A stretch of 64,000 nucleotides of DNA. Origin: a virus. Where the stretch lies: positions 32,001 through 96,000 of IMG/VR virus record IMGVR_UViG_3300030004_000009; one strand, given 5' to 3'. Under the pieces are notes generated by a model that saw only the letters and a list, made by a program, of their open reading frames with translations, was not told the origin of the DNA and did not search any database. Shown one piece after another: positions 32,285 through 42,994 of the stretch. Positions within the stretch are counted from its first letter, which is position 1. Every line of letters begins with the position of its first letter. Both the position numbers and the translations under genes were made by a program.

Positions 32285-32756
32285 TTAAATGTCTTCAAAC
32301 CTCTTCATAATTTTACCACCACTCTCTTCGATAGCATGAACTAACATTAAATTCCTACAGTGATCAAAGTCTTCAACTTCAGGATAAATACTATAAAATT
32401 GACTATATAGAAGTTAATTGCTTTAATGTTGTTTTATTAAAGAATGTATAACCATAAATAATCTTACCTTTAGCTCCTGCAAATCCTATCTCAAAAGCTG
32501 TACCATCATCAACATTAGGCCCTCTAAACGGATTTAAGTTAGCTATAACTATATCACATTCATTAAGTAATTGTATATTACCACTAAATATAGCATTAGA
32601 CATTGAACTCTGATTAGTTGCTGTTGGCTCTATTTCATTATCAAGAGGTGATAATCCTATAAAGCCATATTGACTACATAAGTCTTTTAGACCTTGTAAA
32701 TAGTCGGTTGCATCCTTTCTGAACACATCAGGTCCAGCTAGGTAAATTGTTCTCAT
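32285..32756 (-). pseudogene. Nucleoside 2-deoxyribosyltransferase with a +1 frameshift near 32405-32413
   Basis: IYLAGPDVF, DDGTAFEIG in frame 0; family C-terminal VEDF...NLML in the +1 frame, ending TAA at 32285 next to the following ATG. Confidence 0.75.
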
Positions 32757-33548
32757 TTTTTATATATTTTATAATCACCATCGAATAACGATCCACTTAT
32801 TGTATATTCATTACCTTTATAACTTAAGTCTTGCCAGAAGTCTACTTGCCATCCATTACTCCTATAATCATCATGATCTAGCTCACAACCGTATTGTTTA
32901 CAAGTATCAAATAACAAACATAAGGGAACAACTGGTAAACTGTTAGTAGTTAACTCACCTTCTAATACACGACTAATACTTCCTATTATTTCATCCTCCA
33001 TTATAATGTTCGTCTATTTGAATTAATATTTGATTAACACGTTCCTTTGCAGCACCTGTTAGATTTAAGAACTCAGCGAAGTCTGTGTAGAATACATTAA
33101 GCTCATTGTCTTCTCCCTCTGCATCAAACACTTCATACATCATACTTTGAACTGATGGCCAACTATCATTAATACATCTTAGTATCTCTAAATTCTTTTC
33201 TGGATACCTTGCTAATAACCAACCACCATATACTTTATAGTCTACTATACTTTCATGTTGATCCACGAAATCTTCACCAACTGTACACATGTAATCATTA
33301 AATCTATCAAGTGTAATATCTCTTGTAGCTTCTTCCTCGGTCAATTCCCTTAGTGGAATGTTATAACCATTAACTGTCTTTTCTTCTTCCATTATGCGAA
33401 ACAATTATTAATAACACGTGCTGTTCTATCTAACTCTTCATCAATATATGCAATACCACCTCTACATCTAATCTTGGAGTTAATTCGTCTCTCCATGTGC
33501 TATTTGCACATGTACCACCTAAAAATACTTTATTTGTCATTCTTCATT

Positions 33549-33839
33549 CTACTCGTCGTATGCTGCTTCACTATAGCAGTCATCGCAATATCGTTGTCCT
33601 TCAAAATCATTATCTTCTGAAGTTCCACACCACCAACCACAAGATTCACATACAAAGATCCAATTATCCAACTCCATGTAATCATCTTCTGTTAGATCAT
33701 CTTCATCCATATCAGGATATTTTGGTGTATAATCATCATTAAGTATACCATCTTCTCCAAAACAACTTGATATTGGGTGTCCACATGTACCTTGAAGATT
33801 CTGTATTACATCTTCTATATCAAAATTCTCTGCTCTCAT
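33549..33839 (-). CDS. Acidic Zn-finger protein
   Basis: CESCGWWC...YCDDC. Confidence 0.55.
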   Translation of the reverse strand: MRAENFDIEDVIQNLQGTCGHPISSCFGEDGILNDDYTPKYPDMDEDDLTEDDYMELDNWIFVCESCGWWCGTSEDNDFEGQRYCDDCYSEAAYDE

Positions 33840-34595
33840 TTAATTAAATTTATTTTCTAATGCTATTAATAGCTTTTGTATATCTACTTTATAAAAACCA
33901 CTACTATTTATACAATTGATTTCTACAATCTTCCAACCATCTGGAGTTTGACAAACATCCATAACAAATGCTGGAGCAACTTTGTATAAATCAACCATTT
34001 GTTGACCAAACTCTAAAGCTTCTGGTTCTACTCCATCTAACCATACAACATTACTATGAAAGAAGTAATAGGAAGAAGTAACAATCTTATCTCCAACTAT
34101 CCATAATCTAACTTCCTTGTAAATAGCTTTTGGAGAAGCTATTTGGATTAATGAATCGTCTGGTATATTTAGACCACTCTGTAGTTTCATATCTTCCCAT
34201 TTAACTTTAGTAAATAGTTTACCATTAAATAACTTACTATCCTTGCACGGCCTAATAAATTTTACTTCATTAAGTTGCCAATCTAAATAGTCTGTATATT
34301 TAATTATTTTACTGTCATAATTTAACATATTATCACCATAATACTTACTATGTATACTAAAATCATGATTACCACCATAAAAAGATCCAGGATAGAAATT
34401 ATATTTTTTAGCTAATCTAGCAAGTTTAACAGAACCAAATACAAATATATCTTTTCTATCTATGTTAAATTCAACTTCTTCAATAAATGGTTTACAATCA
34501 ATAACTTCATAAGCAAGATTAAGACGTTCAAGAGTTTCTATCAGTTTATGATAGTTTTCATACTGAAATGTATTCTTCTGTATTAAATAAAACAT
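33840..34595 (-). CDS. ATP-grasp protein (R2K/DUF4343-like)
   Basis: FIRPCKDSKLFNG, EVRLWIV, FVMDV, KIVEINCINSSGFY. Confidence 0.8.
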   Translation of the reverse strand: MFYLIQKNTFQYENYHKLIETLERLNLAYEVIDCKPFIEEVEFNIDRKDIFVFGSVKLARLAKKYNFYPGSFYGGNHDFSIHSKYYGDNMLNYDSKIIKYTDYLDWQLNEVKFIRPCKDSKLFNGKLFTKVKWEDMKLQSGLNIPDDSLIQIASPKAIYKEVRLWIVGDKIVTSSYYFFHSNVVWLDGVEPEALEFGQQMVDLYKVAPAFVMDVCQTPDGWKIVEINCINSSGFYKVDIQKLLIALENKFN

Positions 34596-34598
34596 AAC

Positions 34599-35249
34599 TT
34601 ATATAAAGTCCTTATAATTTATCATAACTGGATCTCTCACCAGATAATATTGTTCATCTACTAAAGCTACGTTAAGTACTGTTGTCTTATCAGATAAGCT
34701 ATAACAGCCGGCTCCACAATGAATATGCCCACAGATTACTAGTTTAGGATTTACTTCATAAATTCTAGCTAATAACTCTTTATCACCTACTCTTTCAAAG
34801 CTACCTTCTAACTGATCTCCATAACCATATGGTGGACCATGACTGATTAACACATCCGTATCTAATGGCACTTTAGACCATATTTCTTGTAATTCCTGTC
34901 TTGTACTATTAAAAGCCCAACCACAGAAAGCAGGAGTCCATGGAGAACCATAAAACTTAACACCGTCTATGATAACCTCTTCATCTTGAAGATAGATAAT
35001 TGATGGATGCTGTATTAGGGCTTGTCTTATCTTATTCATTCTTATAGGGTCTTCAAAACTTCGTTCGTGGTTTCCTGCACAAAAGATCTTCCAGGTTGCT
35101 GGTTGATTAGCAAACCAGTTTATAAAATCATAGACAACATTAAGTTCACCATTACCTGAAATATCACCTGCATGTATAAGGACATCACATTTTTCAGTTA
35201 TGACTTTACGATGTTGACCATGACTGTCAGCTATTAATTGGAGGAGCAT
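34599..35249 (-). CDS. Metallophosphoesterase (MPPED/239FB-like)
   Basis: DSHG, HAGD, GNHE, YGSPW, SHGPP, GHIH. Confidence 0.88.
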   Translation of the reverse strand: MLLQLIADSHGQHRKVITEKCDVLIHAGDISGNGELNVVYDFINWFANQPATWKIFCAGNHERSFEDPIRMNKIRQALIQHPSIIYLQDEEVIIDGVKFYGSPWTPAFCGWAFNSTRQELQEIWSKVPLDTDVLISHGPPYGYGDQLEGSFERVGDKELLARIYEVNPKLVICGHIHCGAGCYSLSDKTTVLNVALVDEQYYLVRDPVMINYKDFI

Positions 35250-35432
35250 TGTGTGGCTAGTTTATGTATTAACTCTTCAGCTTCTACCAGTAAATTATAC
35301 ATTCTATCTTGTTCTTCTTCACTACTATCATGTAGATCTGCTAATTCATCATCGTAGTCTAATATAGACATATGGTCTAGAAATCCAGCAGCATAGTGTA
35401 TAAATTTAGCTTTTATTTGATTATCAGTCATT

Positions 35433-35981
35433 TTAACTTCTACCATACTGTTCATATTTTCCTCGTATCTCATTTAGTTCTTTATATCTCAACTTAAACT
35501 TACTTCTTAAAAGGCTATATAGTATAGGATTTACTAATCCATCTAAAGGTTGTTCTTTAATTAAAGCTTCACGTACTTGTGTAGCACTTACCAATGGAGT
35601 AGAACCATCATATCTATTAGTAATAGTACAAGTATAACCAGCATCAATTAGTTTTATCACATCTTGTTCATAACCTGAAAAGAATTCAACCTCATGTTTT
35701 CTACAACCCATTAAGGTTATTAAATCCTCTAACATTAGTAACCATTCCTCATCACTATTATGATCTGCTAAACCAATTATATCGAGAATAGGATAAATTT
35801 CTTTAATAAAGCTATGACGATCACTATAGCTAAATAGATTTCTATAATCAAGTGGGCTATTACAACTTCCCAATATCAATTGAGAGTTATGATAATCATA
35901 TTTCTCAAGCATTTGATCAATTATGAACTCATGACCAAGATGTAGTGGGCTAAATCTACCCATATAAATTCCAATTTTCAT
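35433..35981 (-). CDS. NMN adenylyltransferase / cytidylyltransferase-like (NadM/NadR type)
   Basis: GRFSPLHLGH (HxGH), LGS, FSYSDR, VSATQVR. Confidence 0.78.
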   Translation of the reverse strand: MKIGIYMGRFSPLHLGHEFIIDQMLEKYDYHNSQLILGSCNSPLDYRNLFSYSDRHSFIKEIYPILDIIGLADHNSDEEWLLMLEDLITLMGCRKHEVEFFSGYEQDVIKLIDAGYTCTITNRYDGSTPLVSATQVREALIKEQPLDGLVNPILYSLLRSKFKLRYKELNEIRGKYEQYGRS

Positions 35982-36725
35982 AATAGTCCTTTATAAATTA
36001 TTTGTGATGCTACAATCTCATTATCCTGTAGATAATATTTAGTATTAGCTGGTATAATGAATTTACCAACTACATTCTTAAAACCTGTTTGTTTATACAT
36101 TTGTTTACTATACTGTGCAACATACTCATTTAAAGATATAAATGCATGATAACCTTCTTCTATAAAATATAAAGGAGAAGCATTAGTATCTATCTCTTTA
36201 ACTATCAGTTCGACTTTAGGTTGTAACACATTAGCTACATAAATGAAGTCCATTCTACAGATAGGAATAAAGGTTTTATCATCCTTACCTATATCTAGTC
36301 TACCTATTGAGAATAATGTCTTAGGATAACCTAACTTATAAACAGTAATATCAACAGGCTTCACTTTTACAGTACTATCTTTTTTAACTGTTAAACACAT
36401 GCTTTTATAATATAAAGTTCACTAATTGTTGCTTTCTTTTGTATATATCTTGCTAAGGAACGAGCAGGAATTTGAGCTTCAAGAGCTGTAATACCTATGT
36501 CTTCTGAAAGATAATATGTTGGTATATTAAAAGGATCACCAGGTCCGTCGTCTAATAAATCAATAGCGAACTCATAGGTATCATCTTTAAGTGTAAATCT
36601 ATAGAATAATTGTCCTGCTTTATATCTATTTAGATAAGCAATAGTTTGATCTTTATAAAGATCTTTTATTAATTCATTTATACTTGTTTTATATGCTATC
36701 ATATTAATTTGTTTTCCATCTTATT

Positions 36726-37415
36726 TCATATTAACATTAACCTATCTACACCTATTGCCCAACCGAAGCCATTCTCATAGGCACCTCCTCCACATATTTG
36801 TTTCTGAGTACCTAAAGCATTCCAACTTATCTCAAAATCTTTACCCTCTTTATAATAATCTAAACCTCTTGTGGCTAACTTATTTACTATAAGGTTATTA
36901 TCAATTAACGCACCATAAATATTATCATGATGTTTATAGTCTTCATATATTACACTTCTTATACCAGCTTCTGCAACACCCATATACCAATCGTACCAAG
37001 AGGTTTCATTATAGTCAGGTTCAGGATTTAAGATTTCTACTCCAAATTGAGTAAATTCTCTATAACGTCCAGCCTGGGGCTTCTCAGCTCTAAAGCACTG
37101 TTGAGTGTAGAATAATTTAACATTCTTTTCATATTTAAAGGTTGTAGTTGCAAGTTTCTGTATTACTGTTGTATATTCAGGGGCAAGACATAAATCTCTA
37201 TCACCTAAATCCTTAAAGTTATACATCATATGATTATTCTCTTTACTAAGCTTACCTAAGTATGTCTTCTGGAACTGTAATACTGGTAATATTATTCGTT
37301 TGAACTCGTGTCTCTTAATATGTTCCTCGAGGATCCTTATGATTTCCTGCTTCTTCTCAGCTTCTTCACCAATTAGTATCCTTGTACCTTTTGTAGTTAA
37401 GTTTTCTATAGTCAT
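36726..37415 (-). CDS. Histidyl-tRNA synthetase-like catalytic core with no anticodon-binding domain
   Basis: LAPEYT, motif 2 FRAEKPQAGRYREFTQFGVE, RGLDYY, GGGAY, motif 3 GWAIGVDRL; start ATG 37415 (TAATG overlap), 229 aa. Confidence 0.85.
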   Translation of the reverse strand: MTIENLTTKGTRILIGEEAEKKQEIIRILEEHIKRHEFKRIILPVLQFQKTYLGKLSKENNHMMYNFKDLGDRDLCLAPEYTTVIQKLATTTFKYEKNVKLFYTQQCFRAEKPQAGRYREFTQFGVEILNPEPDYNETSWYDWYMGVAEAGIRSVIYEDYKHHDNIYGALIDNNLIVNKLATRGLDYYKEGKDFEISWNALGTQKQICGGGAYENGFGWAIGVDRLMLI

Positions 37416-37771
37416 TAATTTGTATATTGTATATAAATTACATTTGGATAGTGACCTAGGACTAATAAAGTTACTGGACATAACCACAGATCAAACGACT
37501 CTGGTCTTTCTGTCTCAAAATCTGCTCTATACCATGATCCAACCATCTCAAACTCTTCTTGCTCAAAAGGTAACCATCTATGTAATATAACTATTGTATA
37601 AGGTGTTAGTGTATCTGTTAGACTAACTTCAAGAGTACTCTTATTATGTGATAAGACATCACACAAAGAGTCAGCTCCTGATACCATTTCTAGATCGTTT
37701 TTATCTCCTTGATAATCATCAAGAAAAATAAACCATCTATTATCATCTTCTTTTTTAAATATTAGATTCAT
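37415..37771 (-). CDS. Conserved hypothetical protein (DUF6717-like)
   Basis: LEMVSGADSLCD and LWLCPVTL..G.YP motifs. Confidence 0.55.
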   Translation of the reverse strand: MNLIFKKEDDNRWFIFLDDYQGDKNDLEMVSGADSLCDVLSHNKSTLEVSLTDTLTPYTIVILHRWLPFEQEEFEMVGSWYRADFETERPESFDLWLCPVTLLVLGHYPNVIYIQYTN

Positions 37772-38049
37772 CCTACTTAATTTATAAATAACCTGTTACT
37801 TCGTGTGTATAAGGAAAAACTTCAATAGCCTCTTGATCCCATTCTTCATTATCATCTAAACAGCTATGTAGACTAAATCTAAAGTACTTATTATCAGATA
37901 GCCGTTTAATTATATATTGTATAATTACATAACCTATATAAATATCATAATCTATTACACTCTCCTCTATCATTTCAAAATCTTCAAAACAACCTTCATC
38001 TTCGAGATCGTTAATTAATTCTCTTGTTATTTCAAATGTCTCTCTTGCT

Positions 38050-38661
38050 TCAACTACCATGTTTATCAATAATTTTAGGTGTTTTCTTCTCCATTATCTT
38101 CTTCACTTGTTCAAATGAAAGTGGTGTATAGTTATAATCCTTACCGTTAATTCCTACATCAAATGAAAGGGAATTAGGATCATCAGGTAGAGAGTGATGT
38201 GAATGTCCATATAGATGCCAAGTCGATTTGTGTGACTTTCGCCAAGTCCTCATAGCGTAATGACAGAGTACTATATTCTGTTTCTCTACTACTATCTCAG
38301 CTAAGTTACCTAAATAAGTACCATACTTCTTAAAAGATCTAATAGTTTGCTCACTATCATGATTACCATCTATAAAGAACTTATTACCATTTAATCTTTG
38401 TAACCATTCTTCTGTTCTTTTACCATCAAAGGAGAAATCACCTAAGAAATACCAGTCGTCATCATCACTTATAACTGAATTATGATTCTCAATTATAGCA
38501 TTATTCATTTCCTCAACAGAATTGAAAGGTCGATTATCATACTTGATTATGTTAAAATGGGAGAAATGTAAATCTGAAGAAAAGAATGACTGTTTAGTCA
38601 CTCCTTTCTCAGTATTCTTTTTATTTGATGAATTGCTCATTATCGTCATTAAAGTTTTCAA
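38050..38661 (-). CDS. Calcineurin-like phosphoesterase (phage type)
   Basis: SDLHFSH, LGDF, GNHD, CHY, LYGHSH, DVG. Confidence 0.88.
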   Translation of the reverse strand: MKTLMTIMSNSSNKKNTEKGVTKQSFFSSDLHFSHFNIIKYDNRPFNSVEEMNNAIIENHNSVISDDDDWYFLGDFSFDGKRTEEWLQRLNGNKFFIDGNHDSEQTIRSFKKYGTYLGNLAEIVVEKQNIVLCHYAMRTWRKSHKSTWHLYGHSHHSLPDDPNSLSFDVGINGKDYNYTPLSFEQVKKIMEKKTPKIIDKHGS

Positions 38662-39180
38662 AAATAAACTTCATCTCTTCTTCAGTTGTTATTACACTTT
38701 CTAAAGGAGGATTCTCACTGAAGAACTCATCAAAAGCTAATTCCATTGCTAAATTATCTAACTCTTCAATAGCTTTCATAAGTTTTCTAATGACATGTTG
38801 TTCTCTTATATGTCTAGGTTTATCAATTTCATAAAGTAAGAATTTAAAAACTTCTTTATTTAGTTCCTGTTGTTCCATTTAATAATAACTACTTCGTGTA
38901 TTTTCATTTAACTCTTGTGGCTCTAAATCATCAAATAAGTTTAATAACTCATCATAGTTATCAATTGCCTTTTGATAAGCGTCTTGTAGGAAATTAGGAA
39001 TTTCTATCCAAGTATATTGAGGTTCTGAACCTATATAAGAATCCTGCCAAGCTCCGGATATCTGAAAGTCTTTATTAGACTGTTCAAGTTCTTTAATATC
39101 ATCAGTTATAAAAAGAGCAGTTTGTCCATTAATGTCTTCTTTTGCAGAAGACACAATTTCAGTTCGTTTTACTAAATACA

Positions 39181-39696
39181 TTACTTTATAGGTTGAGCTA
39201 ATTGATAATTACTAAACTCAGGATATGATGTTACATCTGCAAGTATATACTTATCAAAGAACTCTGGTAACTCAAAGTAAGTATCCACTTCTAACAAGTC
39301 TTGATATTTATCCTGAAATTCAATTTCCATTAATAATATATCAACACGTGGACTAACAAACCTTAAATGATCAATTTCATAAGTAAAACCGTCTGCTACA
39401 TTAAGATAAGTCCTACGAACTTTAGTTAACTCTTTATAAGCTGATTTGTGAAGTTTTAGATACTCTTTTTCAGTTATAGTCTTTGATTCCTCAATAGATT
39501 GTCCTTCACCTATCTTATTCTTAATTTGATGAAAATACTCTTTAATCTTTGCTCCTGGTTTACTTATTATACGGAGACGTTCGTCTTTAGATAGATAACT
39601 CTGTACTATCTTCTCTGCTTTGATAAATTCAAAGTTGTGATTTGTTAAATCCGGTATTTCTTTCAACACCCATTTTTTTTCTAGTTCTATTGCCAT
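39181..39696 (-). CDS. CYTH / triphosphate tunnel metalloenzyme
   Basis: IELEKKW (ExExK), QSYL, RLR, KVRR, YEID, EIEF, FSNYQLA. Confidence 0.8.
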   Translation of the reverse strand: MAIELEKKWVLKEIPDLTNHNFEFIKAEKIVQSYLSKDERLRIISKPGAKIKEYFHQIKNKIGEGQSIEESKTITEKEYLKLHKSAYKELTKVRRTYLNVADGFTYEIDHLRFVSPRVDILLMEIEFQDKYQDLLEVDTYFELPEFFDKYILADVTSYPEFSNYQLAQPIK

Positions 39697-40599
39697 TTTT
39701 CTTATTTAAATATCCATATCAATTAGGAAATCCTTTCCTATAAGTTCTGGATAGTTTTCTATTATCCAACTATCTAACTTATCATACACATAATCCTCAT
39801 GCATATCTAAAGTCCATTTTACATAACAATCATTTGGAAATTGTTCAATTTCCAAATGATCTTCTACTAACTCTTGTGGTATTGCATGATAACTTAATAC
39901 CTTTGTGTTTAATTCTATTATTGCTTTCATACTTACTCGTCTTCACCTAATAGGTTATAAAGATCAATATTTAAATCCTCATATTCATCTTCATCTAAAT
40001 CAAGTTCAAACAAAGCAATATCAACAAACTCCGCAGCTTGTTCAATAATATCCATTAACCTTCGATCAAGAGGTACTATCATTAAATTTGTAAAACCCAA
40101 ACCTTCATAGTCCTCTATAAGAGATCTAGCTTGATCTAAGTCGTCACAAATTAATAAAGAATCATCATACGGATCAGGCATGATCCCTGGTTTGTCTTCT
40201 GTGTTTAATAGTATATATTTCATAATCTTATTTATTTAAATTTAATAATGTTTGTTGTTGATTCCATTCTTCATATTCTTCATCACCATTTGAGTTAGTT
40301 CTTGAATATGAGAACGCTGCCATTTTATCAAAGAATGGCTTTAAGTCACGATATGTCCATGTAGCAGTATGAAAACTAACCAGAAAGTTAGTTAAGATAT
40401 TGACTTGTTCTTTAAATGGTAAGTCTATTAGTTTAAACCTTAAGTCTTCTTCCTCACTTTGCTCTTCCATTACTCTCTCCTTCATAAAACATACGACCTT
40501 TATCTTGTAATATCCATCGTTTATAGATTAATATACCATTTGCATAGATAAATAATTGATTATCTACTATTTCTTTTGTTAATTTTACATGAGTCATAA

Positions 40600-40707
40600 T
40601 TACCAACCAAATGCTTCTTCCATCCCTTTTCTATTTAAATATGATATAATAATAAGAGTACCAATCACTCCTCCTAATATACCAACTATTAATCCTGTCC
40701 AAAACAT
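40600..40707 (-). CDS. 35-aa single-TM micropeptide (not in ORF track)
   Basis: MFWTGLIVGILGGVIGTLIIISYLNRKGMEEAFGW, GxxxG motifs. Confidence 0.55.
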   Translation of the reverse strand: MFWTGLIVGILGGVIGTLIIISYLNRKGMEEAFGW

Positions 40708-40730
40708 ATTATTTCATTATAAAGTGTAAT

Positions 40731-40817
40731 TTAATTATCTAAAGGTTTATAATTTCTATTAATCCATAGAAATTCGTAGATTAAGCCTATTATTATAAAT
40801 AATATTACTATTCCCAT
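40731..40817 (-). CDS. 28-aa single-TM micropeptide (not in ORF track)
   Basis: MGIVILFIIIGLIYEFLWINRNYKPLDN. Confidence 0.5.
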   Translation of the reverse strand: MGIVILFIIIGLIYEFLWINRNYKPLDN

Positions 40818-40891
40818 TTGCTTATTATTTTATTAAACCAATCCTTACTTTTACCTATTATAAAGCCTATCGCTATTCCTATAAGTATCAT
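40808..40891 (-). CDS. 27-aa hydrophobic micropeptide (not in ORF track)
   Basis: MILIGIAIGFIIGKSKDWFNKIISKWE; ATGA overlap with the upstream ORF. Confidence 0.5.
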   Translation of the reverse strand: MILIGIAIGFIIGKSKDWFNKIISKWE

Positions 40892-41098
40892 TCGTGATAA
40901 TTTTGTAATATTGGTAATATAAAGTCTGCTATTTTATCTCCTTCTTTCTTTTTACCTGCTGGTATTAGAAATGTCTGTTTAAGTTCTTGTTCTTTACCTT
41001 TATCGTTAAGAACAACATTAACTTTTACAATTACATTAGAAGAATATTTACGTTCTTCTAATTCATAATAAGTTCTTAATATCTCCATATTTTGACTA

Positions 41099-41476
41099 TT
41101 ACACTAACCTACATGGTATTGTTAAATCCTCAGATAGATAATAGATACTACACAATCTGTGATAACCATCCGCAATAATTAACTTCTTTCCATATCTTAA
41201 TAAAAGGATAGGTGATAACTTCTTACCACTTTTGACTTTCTTTAAATTTTCTTTAACATGTACATTAGTCTTAGATAATAATGGAAGTCCACTAGCTCGT
41301 AGTATATCTTTAGCCTTTTTAAGAACTGTATCGGTATCTTCTAACTGTTCAATTAAACTTTCTGCAAATGGCCTATTCATTAGCAGTTCTAAATAGTCTA
41401 ATGCAGCAGGAAAGTCATGTTTTAAAGGTTCATCTAACCATATGTCTTTATAATTCTTTTTCCTATTTTTACTCAT
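41099..41476 (-). CDS. ParB/Srx-like domain protein
   Basis: LSPILL...LIIADGYHR. Confidence 0.6.
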   Translation of the reverse strand: MSKNRKKNYKDIWLDEPLKHDFPAALDYLELLMNRPFAESLIEQLEDTDTVLKKAKDILRASGLPLLSKTNVHVKENLKKVKSGKKLSPILLLRYGKKLIIADGYHRLCSIYYLSEDLTIPCRLV

Positions 41477-41619
41477 ATTAAACTTAACTCTTGACTATCG
41501 TTTATCTTTAATGAAGGATTGTTAGATGGTTTAGTGAATAAACCACTATTATTATCATCATTATCTCTTAATAATTCTATTACAATAAGAAATAGAATTA
41601 TTCCTATAACTATTCCCAT
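41473..41619 (-). CDS. 48-aa single-TM micropeptide (not in ORF track)
   Basis: MGIVIGIILFLIVIELLRDNDD...; ATGA overlap with the downstream ORF. Confidence 0.5.
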   Translation of the reverse strand: MGIVIGIILFLIVIELLRDNDDNNSGLFTKPSNNPSLKINDSQELSLI

Positions 41620-42394
41620 ATTAATTGATTAAACGTTCTATGATCCTTCTCTTGTAGCTGTTCATCCTTTTCTTTTATACTACCTCTTAATTTGTCTAAC
41701 TCATTTATAGTTAGACTTACATTACCATTTACATCCATTGTTCTTTTGGTATTAAAATTGTCTTATTTGTTTTAAGTTTTCTTCTTGTAAATTCGTAGTT
41801 CCATAACTCTTGATTAGCTTTGACTATTTTTTGTCTCAACTCATCCTCTTTATAAAGATACCATTCGTTAAGAGTCATTATAGCTTCTAAATCAATCCAA
41901 TATAATTGTTTATCAAAATCTATTGTCATATTGGAACTCCATTAACGGTAGAAGGTGAGTTTGGAAAACTAAAAGTTAATTTAACTTCTAGCTCATGACC
42001 ATTATCTGCATAATCTTTACTTACTTCTTCATAAGTATTAAAATTCTTAGTACATTTAATAAGCGCTCTACCATATTCATCTGCTATAAACCACTCCCAT
42101 TTATTGTCTTCTTGTCTATGAAAATAACAGACATTTTGTTTTTTCTTTGCCATTATAAATTGATTAATCCAATTTCTCGTTCATAAATAACCTTATAATA
42201 AGTTACGATAGCTTTAGCAATTTCTATACTAGATTGAGCATTAGGTTCTATTATTGTAAATCTATGTGGTTCATTAGTATCTATGTAGAATTGAGGTTTA
42301 ATATTTTCAAAACTTCTAACTAATGCTTCATTCAATAATTTTAATCTCTCATCACTCTTTAAAAGTTCTAAAAACTTCTTTATTTCTTCTATCA

Positions 42395-42994
42395 TTAATG
42401 TGAATTTCTAAGACTTAATGTGTCTGAACTTAACTTGCTATATGTTGCTGTAACACTAGCTCTATCAGCTGTATAACTAGTAAAATTACTAATACCCATT
42501 TGCATACTCTCCCGTTGTGCATCTACATTAGCTCCAAGATAGATGAATTTCCAGTTATACATAGATTCTTGTTGAGTTATTCTAGTTTTAACATCACTTT
42601 TATATTTATGACTCATATTATCTTCACCATCTGTTAAGATAATGAATAGGACATGTTCTGGCCTATCATTTTCATGAAGAACTGCTAACTCTTTACCAGT
42701 TTGATCAATAACCTCACAGATGGCATCATTAAGTGCAGTCATTCCTCTAGGATTAAAATGCTCCATATCAAGATCTCTGATATTTTGAATATCTACAAAT
42801 CTAGTACCATATACATTCTCATTAGGATAACTAACCTCATTAGCAAACTTAGCAAATGTAAATGTACATTTACCTGGTGCTTCTTTCTGATCTTTTAAAA
42901 ATTTATTAAAACTCTCTATTGTCTCTCCTGCTATCTTTGTCATTGATGTAGAGGAATCTAATAGAAATGTTATGTGTGAATAGTTTTGAAGCAT
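42395..42994 (-). CDS. von Willebrand factor A domain protein
   Basis: MIDAS LDSSTSM, GMTALNDAI, ILTDGEDN, FIYLGAN. Confidence 0.85.
   Translation of the reverse strand: MLQNYSHITFLLDSSTSMTKIAGETIESFNKFLKDQKEAPGKCTFTFAKFANEVSYPNENVYGTRFVDIQNIRDLDMEHFNPRGMTALNDAICEVIDQTGKELAVLHENDRPEHVLFIILTDGEDNMSHKYKSDVKTRITQQESMYNWKFIYLGANVDAQRESMQMGISNFTSYTADRASVTATYSKLSSDTLSLRNSH

Noticed and set aside
36726-37487. 253-aa HisRS-like ORF starting at 37487
   Set aside because: It overlaps the upstream gene by 73 nt; ATG 37415 with a TAATG coupling is the more plausible start.
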